The notes under the pieces were generated by a model. It saw only the letters and a program-made list of their open reading frames with translations. It ran no database searches and was not told the DNA's origin. A DNA stretch of 64,000 nt from Candidatus Thorarchaeota archaeon (lineage in GTDB: Archaea > Asgardarchaeota > Thorarchaeia > Thorarchaeales > Thorarchaeaceae): positions 323 through 64,322 of the forward strand of contig JABCTV010000003.1 of NCBI GenBank assembly GCA_018238205.1, given 5' to 3'. Shown piece by piece: positions 1 through 8,879 of this stretch (the stretch's first letter is position 1; each line of letters opens with the position of its first letter). The translations under genes and the position numbers were made by a program.

Positions 1-498
1 GACATCGGCAACACACAGGGTAGTATTGAAACTATGCATCGTGCAGTACGTGTGGACAATGGACTGTCACAGACCCTTGTCCTGTTCAATAGGGCAGTGG
101 TCATGCCCCTGAATATTGGTGACGAGCTGTGGGCTGTAGGGAAACGCGAGCCAGCAGGAAGATTCCGTGCTATGGCAGTGGTGGTTCCATCACTACAAAT
201 GTATGCGGACCTAACAACCGAATCTGGTTTCCTAGGGTCGATCAAACTGCATGTACTCATTTCAGTCATGATTGGATTGGTGGGGTACGTCCTCTATGCT
301 CAGGTAGAGTCTTGGCACCAACTTTCCCAGTATATCCTCGGTCTTGTACTAATGGCACTCAGTTTCATACTGTTGACCACAGGGTTGTGTATGAAGCTGG
401 TTTTTGGAATTTCCGAAGTCAGAGGTAGTAGAGTCAGCGCTAGTGATTGGTTCATGATCGAGAAGGTCTTTGGTCGGACTGACCAATTAGTTGCGTGA
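1..498 (+). CDS. hypothetical membrane protein, 5' end probably outside window
   Basis: Frame 1 is open from base 1 to the stop at 496-498. The C-terminal half has hydrophobic helices (LISVMIGLVGYVLYA, ILGLVLMALSFILLTTGLCM). No family recognised. Confidence 0.4.
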   Translation, partial: DIGNTQGSIETMHRAVRVDNGLSQTLVLFNRAVVMPLNIGDELWAVGKREPAGRFRAMAVVVPSLQMYADLTTESGFLGSIKLHVLISVMIGLVGYVLYAQVESWHQLSQYILGLVLMALSFILLTTGLCMKLVFGISEVRGSRVSASDWFMIEKVFGRTDQLVA

Positions 499-535
499 TG
501 CAATCATTTGAAATTGAGGGCATGAAAATGCGGAG

Positions 536-3274
536 TTGTACAACTTGAGAGATATCGAAGAACTTTCAGATGAAGAATGTAAACTTGAAACCAATGACCT
601 CAAGGAACATTCACTAACCACTGAAGAGCGAGATGATATCATTCGCAAATACAATGCTGATTTTCTTGGCGAAAGTAGTAAAGATACAAGAGAAATACAA
701 GAAATCAAAGAGCACGAGGTCAAATTCTGGGGACCACAGATTTTGGGTACCCCTGTTGATTCTGAGGAGGAAGTTATTACAATTCTGCAGGACCTCATTC
801 CAGGCATCTTCAAGCATCAGAGGTTTGACAACATAAGACATCAGATTTCCATGCATATGAGGACCACCCATGAATTCGGTCATCGAAATAGAGTGACTTA
901 CGGGGAGATTGCAGATTTCGCCAAACAGAATGATTATCCTTCTTCCACAATGGAAGGTTGGGTGCTTCAAGGAGTACAGCCCAATTCATATCGCATTATC
1001 AATGAGAATGCTCTGACAAAAGAAAAAGCAGAAATTTTGGTGTCTGAGATACGGGAAAAACTTCAGGGACTCGACACTCAGGCACGTTTGGATAAAGGCC
1101 TAGACACGTCTCATCATGAAATGAGAACGAAGACCTTGCCATACTTCAACAAAGACTATGAGAATGCTTGTGGTTTCTATAGATTTCTTGATGAACTAGT
1201 AGATGGCGGTGTGCTTAGTGATATTGCTAAACGAGTAGGGATTGATCGACTGGACGCACGTCGGTATATAGAGGAAAAGAGCATCCCACGAGTAATACGC
1301 AAGGTCCTGAACCAGTCGTTAGATGAGGTTGAAACCATCGAAAAGCGACAACTCATCAAAGACGAGGTTCAGTATGAGCAACTCCTCTGTAGGCATCCCC
1401 ACTTCCTCGATATGGAAGGATTTAGTGATATGGACCGCCATATGCGTGGGTATCTACACCTGAAGGAGATGCAGCAGTCTGATACAATACCCGATATCCC
1501 TCAAGAAGAACTGGCAGAGATGCTGAATATCTCGGGAGATCGATTGAACCTCTACCTGTCAGGTAAGTCTGCTCCCAAGCTACAGTCTACATTGTTGCTG
1601 CATGAGGATTTGAGGCTCATATACGAGGGAAAGCTTCCCCCTCTTGCCTTTGAGAGCAGGGTAGAACCTGAATTGGTCTTCAGAGAGTTACATCAGTACA
1701 AGGATTTGGAAACCCCAGATATTGATACTCTTGCATCATCTATCAGGACTATCTACGAGAAGACCGATATCTCATCCAATGTACGATGGCTCGATCTCCA
1801 TAGATATGCTCCTACTGGACAGGAGTGGTTCAAAGGAGTCGCCAATTTTTGTGAGAATAACCGTGCTGAGATAGAACACGCATTGAATCAGCAATTAGGA
1901 TTCGATAAGCACAGTCCACAACGGTTACGTCTGGGTGTTATCTCATCTAGAGTCTACCTAAGACTTGAGAATATCCGAGAAACTGATTGGATGCAGCTCT
2001 ACAATGACGAGATGTTCCACTTCCAAGATCAGGAAACAGTAGATGTACTTCTCTCTATGGCAAAGGAAAGGCTTGACATCAAGGGAGAGATATCCCTCAG
2101 TCGTCTTGTTCATCAAGTTGCTGATTATGATAGGACTGTGACTAGTCGTGGAATGAACTCTGACCTACATTCCCAAGCATCTTATCTTAAGGGGTCCACG
2201 TTGTCATTGCTACTCGATTCGTGCGATTTGACCATTCAGGACATACAAGACGAAATCTTTGCAATTGGTAGGTTCGATAGACGTCTCATACGTAATCCCG
2301 AATTTTCTGATGATGCCTTGGAGATTGACAAGGCTTTCGCAAGGCTGTTTGGTGCTGGGTTATCAGATGGGCATATTGATCAGTTTCGGGTCTTCTGTTA
2401 TTGTGAGGCGGATGTTGACCGTATCAGGATATTCAAGGAACATGTAGAGTTCTTCGGGGGTGTTGATTATACAGAAACAGTTGATGAGAAAGGCACTCAT
2501 GATCTCAGATATTCAAGTGTATTAGGTAGGATGCTTGAAAATCGTGGTTTTACAGTGGGCGACAAGACGGTGCAGAACAGAGGAATCCCTGATTTCATCC
2601 TGAATGGACCGATCGAGGTACAGATAGAGTATCTGAAACAGTTGTGGCCTGAGGATGGAGAATTCGTATACAATGATGGATTTCACAAGTATTTCAGATG
2701 GACAAGAGCAGTAGCATTTGTTGACCCTGAGAAAGATATGAAATATAATATTGACCGTGCTTTCGCACAAGAGATTGTATCACTTATTCAGAAATATGGT
2801 ACTTATACTGAGAAGAGCTCATTCCCAAACCGAGAGTCATATCCCCGATATATTTTGACTAGCGCTGATTTATCAGGATTCGCAAAATGTAAGGATACAA
2901 TGGTATCAGAACCAACAAGTTGGCTATATTCGTTTATCGAATCAAACAAACCTCTATTGATGAGGCATGAACAAGCTCTACTAGATAGCTTTGGTGTTGA
3001 TACTAGAGATTCCTTCGATGATATTACATATTATGTTGGAACGGGTAGAGTTTCTGTACTATTCCGTGCAGCCACTAGAACTCTTGACGATGCTATGCTA
3101 GTGGCAATTATTGCTCCTCCTGATGATAAGCGAAAGAGGATGAAAGTGGTGGAATGGGTTCTGTCGAATTTAACTTTGTACCAACGAGTTCGCAATGATG
3201 TATTGGCAAATGGATATCAGATATCGCTCAAAGAGATTGAGAATCCTAGTTACAACTATCTAGATAGGGAATAA
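536..3274 (+). CDS. large HTH-repeat protein with C-terminal double-motif LAGLIDADG homing-endonuclease-like domain
   Basis: Uninterrupted 912-codon ORF with a TTG start in the track; the true start is uncertain. LFGAGLSDG (nt 2345-2371) and LKQLWPEDG (nt 2633-2659) both fit LxGxxxxDG or LxxxxxxDG and lie 96 aa apart, as in single-chain LAGLIDADG enzymes. The N-terminal part has three HTH-like segments: YGEIADFAKQNDYPSSTMEGW, LSDIAKRVGIDRLDARRYIEE and QEELAEMLNISGDRLNLYLSG. Confidence 0.6.
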   Translation: MYNLRDIEELSDEECKLETNDLKEHSLTTEERDDIIRKYNADFLGESSKDTREIQEIKEHEVKFWGPQILGTPVDSEEEVITILQDLIPGIFKHQRFDNIRHQISMHMRTTHEFGHRNRVTYGEIADFAKQNDYPSSTMEGWVLQGVQPNSYRIINENALTKEKAEILVSEIREKLQGLDTQARLDKGLDTSHHEMRTKTLPYFNKDYENACGFYRFLDELVDGGVLSDIAKRVGIDRLDARRYIEEKSIPRVIRKVLNQSLDEVETIEKRQLIKDEVQYEQLLCRHPHFLDMEGFSDMDRHMRGYLHLKEMQQSDTIPDIPQEELAEMLNISGDRLNLYLSGKSAPKLQSTLLLHEDLRLIYEGKLPPLAFESRVEPELVFRELHQYKDLETPDIDTLASSIRTIYEKTDISSNVRWLDLHRYAPTGQEWFKGVANFCENNRAEIEHALNQQLGFDKHSPQRLRLGVISSRVYLRLENIRETDWMQLYNDEMFHFQDQETVDVLLSMAKERLDIKGEISLSRLVHQVADYDRTVTSRGMNSDLHSQASYLKGSTLSLLLDSCDLTIQDIQDEIFAIGRFDRRLIRNPEFSDDALEIDKAFARLFGAGLSDGHIDQFRVFCYCEADVDRIRIFKEHVEFFGGVDYTETVDEKGTHDLRYSSVLGRMLENRGFTVGDKTVQNRGIPDFILNGPIEVQIEYLKQLWPEDGEFVYNDGFHKYFRWTRAVAFVDPEKDMKYNIDRAFAQEIVSLIQKYGTYTEKSSFPNRESYPRYILTSADLSGFAKCKDTMVSEPTSWLYSFIESNKPLLMRHEQALLDSFGVDTRDSFDDITYYVGTGRVSVLFRAATRTLDDAMLVAIIAPPDDKRKRMKVVEWVLSNLTLYQRVRNDVLANGYQISLKEIENPSYNYLDRE

Positions 3275-3300
3275 ACTGGACAATCATCCTTCCTTAATTC

Positions 3301-3741
3301 TTACAATAATCCTCTCTCTTCGAGCCAAGGTTGAGCAATATCACGTACTCTTTCATACAGTGGTCCTGAACCATCTACTCCTTCTTGTGTTATTCTTATT
3401 TTGTTCATGATCACAATAACACCCCCACCTGTTTCAGGAAAGAATCTGACACCACCAGGAGGGAAGGTCTGCTCTAACTCTTTTACTAAGCCTTCAAGAC
3501 TGACCTCTTTCTCAGCTACGGAAAATGATACAATGCTGTTTCCATAGATGAAGATTTTAGGTATGTTAGACCCATCTTTCAAATCGACAACCTCTGATAG
3601 AACAATGCTCAAAGTATTCTGATCAATTCCCTTGAGAATACCTGAGTAGTTTTTACCATCTTTTGTTGCGACTTCTATTGTTGCGCCTACAACTGCTGCA
3701 AGTTCGCGGTTGAAGGATCTCATTGCTGCGACATCTGACAT
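3301..3741 (-). CDS. Sm-like (Lsm) RNA-binding protein with C-terminal extension
   Basis: Sm1/Sm2-like segments: VGATIEVATKDGKNYSGILKGIDQNTLSIVLSEV and IFIYGNSIVSFSV. A further ~70 aa domain follows, resembling archaeal SmAP3-type architecture. Confidence 0.6.
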   Translation of the reverse strand: MSDVAAMRSFNRELAAVVGATIEVATKDGKNYSGILKGIDQNTLSIVLSEVVDLKDGSNIPKIFIYGNSIVSFSVAEKEVSLEGLVKELEQTFPPGGVRFFPETGGGVIVIMNKIRITQEGVDGSGPLYERVRDIAQPWLEERGLL

Positions 3742-3911
3742 TTAGATTCACCACTAAAGTAAGTAGTATCCGGACTTTTTGCTGCGGACTTCCAGTTTTA
3801 AAATTGCTGTTAGCGCGGAACTACACTTCAGACTACCAAACCAGAATGTCGGTGCTTAAATTGTAAGAAACTGACCACATTGCAGCTCATACTAGAATTG
3901 AGGCCAGATTT

Positions 3912-4886
3912 ATGGTAACAACACAGATACAAGAAAATGTCGAGTCTGAACATGAAGGTCTATCATCGTGGACTTCAGAAGGTCTTTTGAAGATAGCAGG
4001 TATCATGCTCATAATTTCTGTGGCTTGGAGAATTGTGGATCAGTTCGTACTCGGTCTTGGTAGTACCTGGATGAACATTTTCCCATCAAAGCTGTTTCCA
4101 TTTTTAATCCTGCTAGGATTTTTCTGGAAATATCGTCCACACGAAATAGGTTCAGTCCTTGGGTTATCTCGAGATAAATTACAGGCTCGTTTGACAATTG
4201 GAATTATGATTGGTATAATATTCGCTATAGGGATTGACCTTGGTGGAACTATCGTATTTGCCCTCTTTATTGACCCTACTTACCCTCTTCAACTACATAT
4301 CATAAATGAAGGATTACTTGGATACATGTTCATCTTCTTCTTGGTCAATGCATTCCTTGAAGAAACTCTTTTCAGAGGTCTTCTACAAAACGCTTTCAAA
4401 ACACGATACAGTGTGAATGCATCGATTATGATATCTGCTGTGCTGTTTGGCTTATGGCATGCAGGTTGGCCTCTTGTCAATGGGGCTGTGGGTATTGAAG
4501 CTCTAGTTGACATTTCAACAATGGTATTCTTCACCTTGATCCTTGGGATATTCTTTGGTGTCTATTATGAAAAGTTCAGTTCTGCGAAATCTCTTTTCGG
4601 ACCCATAGCAGTCCATACAATTGTCAACTTTGTCAACGAGTGCTTCAAGATTGGTCCCGAACCAATAATTCAAGGTCCTGACATGGTCTTTTCTAATAGT
4701 GGAATGATGACTGTCACCTTGTTGATATTCATCTTGATATTCATACCCCTGAGCATATTCCTCTGGAAATTCAAACTAGAACAAGTGACTGCTTTTTGGC
4801 AGAGGACAATTGGTAACAATAACGACGAAGGACAGGACGCTTCTAAGAATGAGAATAAAGCAAAAGTGAATGATTATGTGGTGTAA
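3912..4886 (+). CDS. CPBP (CAAX/Abi) family intramembrane glutamic protease
   Basis: Polytopic membrane protein with the EExxxR motif (LEETLFRG), the FxxxH motif (FGLWH) and a distal His (VHTIVNF). Confidence 0.8.
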   Translation: MVTTQIQENVESEHEGLSSWTSEGLLKIAGIMLIISVAWRIVDQFVLGLGSTWMNIFPSKLFPFLILLGFFWKYRPHEIGSVLGLSRDKLQARLTIGIMIGIIFAIGIDLGGTIVFALFIDPTYPLQLHIINEGLLGYMFIFFLVNAFLEETLFRGLLQNAFKTRYSVNASIMISAVLFGLWHAGWPLVNGAVGIEALVDISTMVFFTLILGIFFGVYYEKFSSAKSLFGPIAVHTIVNFVNECFKIGPEPIIQGPDMVFSNSGMMTVTLLIFILIFIPLSIFLWKFKLEQVTAFWQRTIGNNNDEGQDASKNENKAKVNDYVV

Positions 4887-4889
4887 AAA

Positions 4890-5585
4890 ATGCAAGTAGA
4901 CATAGGTACAGAATTTATTATTTTATCTGGAATCATGACGATTATACTATCCCTAGCACTGAGTACGTTTTTGGGCTGGAAATGGTATAAACAGAAAGTA
5001 CGACTTATGACCGACCTTCCATTGGTCTTTGCAATAACTGGAATATTTCAAGTACTGAATATGACGATATTGACATTATCTCACATCGGCGTGTTAGAGC
5101 CCACAATGGAACTGTTTCGACTTCGTTCCATGGTGATCGGTGGTGCAATAGTACCAATCTTAGGTACAATCCTTCAGATCTGGGCACCATCTCATCAGAA
5201 GTATCACAAAAGGATTGTAATTCTTCTCACTCTGTACTGGTTCTCAATAGCGCTTCTTGGAACATCTGAAACAATTATCATGATATTGACCATTCCTATA
5301 CTGCTTATCATCAGTATCGTGATGATGATTACATTCATCGTAACCTGGAAAACTGGAAGATTGAAAGAAATTCGAAGCGAACTCATGATAGTGTCCGTTA
5401 TCTTCATGGTGGCAAGTCAAATCTTGAGAGTTCCTTTCATGTCAACTCCGCTGTTCTATGTCCCCGATTTATTACTAGGAGTTTCAATGATTTTGATTGC
5501 ACTAGGAATAGCTAATCCATGGTACTCTAGAGAGAAGAAAGTTCGTCAGGAAGAACCACCACAAATGGCTCCAATTACAGAATGA
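4890..5585 (+). CDS. hypothetical polytopic membrane protein
   Basis: Starts 4 nt after the CPBP gene on the same strand. About 6-7 hydrophobic helices. No recognisable motif. Confidence 0.5.
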   Translation: MQVDIGTEFIILSGIMTIILSLALSTFLGWKWYKQKVRLMTDLPLVFAITGIFQVLNMTILTLSHIGVLEPTMELFRLRSMVIGGAIVPILGTILQIWAPSHQKYHKRIVILLTLYWFSIALLGTSETIIMILTIPILLIISIVMMITFIVTWKTGRLKEIRSELMIVSVIFMVASQILRVPFMSTPLFYVPDLLLGVSMILIALGIANPWYSREKKVRQEEPPQMAPITE

Positions 5586-5662
5586 CATTCAATCAATCAT
5601 TCACAAAAGTAGAAAGAGGGATCTGAACTTGACGTTTTGATCCCTCTCGAATGTTGTACAGA

Positions 5663-7141
5663 TTATGCTTTTCTTTTCACGAAGAAAACACCAACAAGGA
5701 TGATTACGACTGCACCTCCACCAATCATCAAAAGATCCATAGGAATTTCCCCACCAACTCCAGTTCCGCTTGTTGTTCCTCCAGTTTCAGGTGGAACTGC
5801 ATCCGGGTCTGCAAGAGGATACGGATCTTCATTCCCTGCTCCACCATCTATAGTGTATGGGACATCAACAATCTGATCCGCGTCTGCATCAGGTGACACC
5901 CAGTCATCATAGTAATTGTAGATGTATGTGTTGTTTTCACCCTCATCATAGACTTGTGCTGCAACACCGTTATTGATGAACACATTTCGAGTGATTTCCA
6001 TACATTCAGTATTTACTGAGGTCTTCAAACCATAATTAGTAGAATCTTCAATATGATTGAATCTGAGTGTTGAATTTTCTCCTGAGGCTACTGAGATTCC
6101 AACACCATCAGTACCAACTACTGAATTGTTGTGGATTAGATCAAAACTAGAATCCTTCAGAAACATACCATCCTCTTCTACATTGACGAGTGAATTATTG
6201 TATAGTTCAATATCATAGGACTCCACAACGAAGACTCCATATCCTGATACGTTCGAGAGTTCATTATGCATAATCTCAACAGACGAAGCGTTTCCCAGAT
6301 GAATACCTAGACCAGTCACCTCGTCCACATAATTATCCGTAATCTGACAATTTGTTGCAGTTATTGGCACCTGAATTCCTGTACCCTCACAGTTTGTGAC
6401 AGTGTTTTCAGAGATTTCGGAGTCAACTGCAGTCAATATACGAATCCCTGATCCAGTGTTTCTGGTTATAGTATTGTCAGAGATCAAACATCCATTGATA
6501 TAACCCGCACATTCGATTCCGTGGAGAAGATTGTCTTCAATGATATTGTTAGTTATAGTAACATCATCGATGTCAATCAACCACAATCCCCGATACCTGT
6601 TGTGAATTAGATTGTTTGCTACATATCCATTTGCGGAATTAGAAATCTCCACTCCACACCAGACGGTTGAGTCACCAGGACCATCCACCTCATTATCAGT
6701 GAAAGTCCAGTATAGGTCTATGTTCCGAATCTCAACTGAATGTTGTACATCGTAGAAGTAATAGCCAGTTATCTGGTATGGGTTTCCTTCAGTTCCATCC
6801 CCTGGCCAGACCTCTGCGTCTGCCTGAGCTATCATTTCCGCATTTCCATCAAGCAAGATTGCATCATGTGGTATGTATGCTGTGGTAAAACTATCATGAC
6901 CCTCCAGTCTGCTCTCTTGTAGAACACCTGCAGTCATCAACGGATTACCAATAGCAAACACCATTAGACCAATCAGCAAGCATAGTGTGATCTTTTCTTT
7001 CGTGATTATTCTCATAGAATCACCCTTCTGGGTATTTTCTCCTATTGTGGTGGTAACAATCACATTACTTAGAATAAAAAGAATCGAGATTGGAGCAACG
7101 CCAAATATCTGGAGATGATAATTGATAGATGTCATTAGCAC
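5663..7141 (-). CDS. secreted right-handed parallel beta-helix (PbH1/NosD-like) repeat protein with C-terminal membrane anchor
   Basis: Repeated ~22-aa units of the type NNxIxxNxxxGIxL (NNLIHNRYRGLWL, NNIIEDNLLHGIE, DNTITRNTGSGIRI, ENTVTNCEGTGIQV and others). The likely true start is MRIITKEKITLCLLIG at nt 7015. The C-terminus is LLMIGGGAVVIILVGVFFVKRKA. Confidence 0.65.
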   Translation of the reverse strand: MLMTSINYHLQIFGVAPISILFILSNVIVTTTIGENTQKGDSMRIITKEKITLCLLIGLMVFAIGNPLMTAGVLQESRLEGHDSFTTAYIPHDAILLDGNAEMIAQADAEVWPGDGTEGNPYQITGYYFYDVQHSVEIRNIDLYWTFTDNEVDGPGDSTVWCGVEISNSANGYVANNLIHNRYRGLWLIDIDDVTITNNIIEDNLLHGIECAGYINGCLISDNTITRNTGSGIRILTAVDSEISENTVTNCEGTGIQVPITATNCQITDNYVDEVTGLGIHLGNASSVEIMHNELSNVSGYGVFVVESYDIELYNNSLVNVEEDGMFLKDSSFDLIHNNSVVGTDGVGISVASGENSTLRFNHIEDSTNYGLKTSVNTECMEITRNVFINNGVAAQVYDEGENNTYIYNYYDDWVSPDADADQIVDVPYTIDGGAGNEDPYPLADPDAVPPETGGTTSGTGVGGEIPMDLLMIGGGAVVIILVGVFFVKRKA

Positions 7142-7191
7142 ATAGAGAATGGGTTATTAGTCTATCATATCAAACACGGAAGTAGATGTAG

Positions 7192-8019
7192 GTGAATTTC
7201 ATGCCACACCCATCATTACAATATCTTCGTATGGAGAGCTTGCCCTCACCCTTTTGTCCTGGCTGCGGGAACATGGAAACCGGTAGTGCATTCCTTAGAG
7301 CTGTTCGTGATCTAGGTCATGAAGATCTTAGCGCGTTTGCTTTTGTTTCTGGTATTGGATGTGGTGCATGGATTACATCACCCCACTTCAAAGCTGATAC
7401 GCTTCACACAACCCATGGAAGAGCTATTGCATTCGCTACTGGTTTGAAGTTATCCAATCCTAAACTGAATGTGGTTGTAATCAGTGGTGATGGTGACTTG
7501 GCTGCAATCGGTGGTAATCACCTCATTCATGCAGCAAGACGTAATATCGACATGACTGTGATTTGTTCTAACAACTACATCTATGGAATGACTGGCGGAC
7601 AAGTTGGTCCCACAACCTTCACTGGTGATCGGACAAGCACTTCCCCATATGGCAATCCAGAGCGTCCATTTGATCTAGCTCGTCTTGTTGCTGCAGCTGG
7701 AGCTAATTATGTGGCAAGATGGACAACAGCACATCCCATACAGGCATCACGCGCAATGAAAACAGCTCTTGGGAAGAAAGGATTCTCTTTCATTGAGATG
7801 GTATCCCAGTGTCCAACTGCCTATGGTCGTAGGACCAAGATGGGTGAGCCAGTTGATATGATTAAATGGTTCAAGAAATTCCCAGTGCGCAAGAGAGGCG
7901 AACCGATAGAACAGAAGACTCCTACTAGAGATGGTGTAGACCTTGGTGTATTTGCTGACAGAGATGAGATTGAATTTATTGAATCGATGAAGGCAACATA
8001 TGCTGGCTTGGAGGTCTAG
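7192..8019 (+). CDS. 2-oxoacid:ferredoxin oxidoreductase, beta (TPP-binding) subunit
   Basis: N-terminal CPGCG motif. TPP motif VISGDGDLAAIGGNHLIHAARRN. Length and C-terminal region are typical of KorB/PorB-type subunits. GTG start. Confidence 0.85.
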   Translation: MNFMPHPSLQYLRMESLPSPFCPGCGNMETGSAFLRAVRDLGHEDLSAFAFVSGIGCGAWITSPHFKADTLHTTHGRAIAFATGLKLSNPKLNVVVISGDGDLAAIGGNHLIHAARRNIDMTVICSNNYIYGMTGGQVGPTTFTGDRTSTSPYGNPERPFDLARLVAAAGANYVARWTTAHPIQASRAMKTALGKKGFSFIEMVSQCPTAYGRRTKMGEPVDMIKWFKKFPVRKRGEPIEQKTPTRDGVDLGVFADRDEIEFIESMKATYAGLEV

Positions 8020-8025
8020 ATTACG

Positions 8026-8550
8026 ATGAGAACAGAGATTCGACTTGCAGGTACTGGTGGCATGGGTGTAGTTCTTGCAGGAGTCATCCTAGGTCACGCG
8101 GCTGTGACATATGCGGGTCTTGAAGCAATCCAGAGTCAAAGCTATGGTTCTGAAGCCCGTGGGACGGCTGCTAAGAGTGAAGTGATAATCAGCGATGAAC
8201 CAATCAAGTATCCAAAGGTACGTGAATCAGACTACTTCATTGTAATGTCCCAGAAAGCCCTAGAGATGTACCTAAGTGGAGCCAAGAAAGGAAGTGTGGT
8301 TCTCGCAGACCCTGACCTTGTTAATATTGATGATATCGAAGGTTATGAGGTCGTAGAAGTTCCTGCAATGAAGACTGCTGATGCAATGGGTATGAGGCTT
8401 GTATCCAACATGGTAATGCTTGGAGCTTTTGTGAAAAAGTCTGGAGTTTTTCCAATTGAAGTCTTGGAAAAGACGCTGGCTGCGTTCGTAAGTGCAAAGT
8501 ATCTACAAGTTGATATTGACGCAGTTCGTGCTGGCGCTAAGCTAGTTTAG
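8026..8550 (+). CDS. 2-oxoacid:ferredoxin oxidoreductase, gamma subunit
   Basis: Starts 6 nt after the beta gene. N-terminus IRLAGTGGMGVVLAGVILG and the segment QSYGSEARGTAAKSEVIIS are typical of the gamma subunit family. Confidence 0.8.
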   Translation: MRTEIRLAGTGGMGVVLAGVILGHAAVTYAGLEAIQSQSYGSEARGTAAKSEVIISDEPIKYPKVRESDYFIVMSQKALEMYLSGAKKGSVVLADPDLVNIDDIEGYEVVEVPAMKTADAMGMRLVSNMVMLGAFVKKSGVFPIEVLEKTLAAFVSAKYLQVDIDAVRAGAKLV

Positions 8551-8879
8551 CCTCCATGGACTAGGGGTACGATTGTAAGAATATCTCCATCCTTCAATGT
8601 TGTTTTGAGACCACCTGTAACTCCGATATCAACCTCATTACAGAGAATCATAGAATCACGGTCAATTTCTGCAGGTTTCTTCCATATACTTTGTAGATAG
8701 GAGTTCTGCTCAATTATCTTAACAAACAAATTATTGAGTATGAAACCGTTTTCTATCTCCATCTCCAGAGTCCCGTTCTCTATTTCTCGTGCAATTGGTC
8801 CCCGAAATCTGACTGTGATTTTCATAGTACGTACCGCTCGTTTTGGTCGAGGGAATGCTTGATAAATTACTTGCTTCAT
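8547..8879 (-). CDS. MoaD/ThiS-type ubiquitin-like small protein ending in Gly-Gly (SAMP-like)
   Basis: The C-terminus is DGDILTIVPLVHGG followed by a stop. The probable true start is MKITVRFRGP at nt 8825, giving about 92 aa. Confidence 0.65.
   Translation of the reverse strand: MKQVIYQAFPRPKRAVRTMKITVRFRGPIAREIENGTLEMEIENGFILNNLFVKIIEQNSYLQSIWKKPAEIDRDSMILCNEVDIGVTGGLKTTLKDGDILTIVPLVHGG

Noticed and set aside
536-3274. An intein as the explanation for the LAGLIDADG motifs
   Set aside because: There is no recognisable host protein (extein) on either side. There is no N-terminal Cys/Ser splice block directly before the domain and no C-terminal His-Asn plus Cys/Ser/Thr junction.
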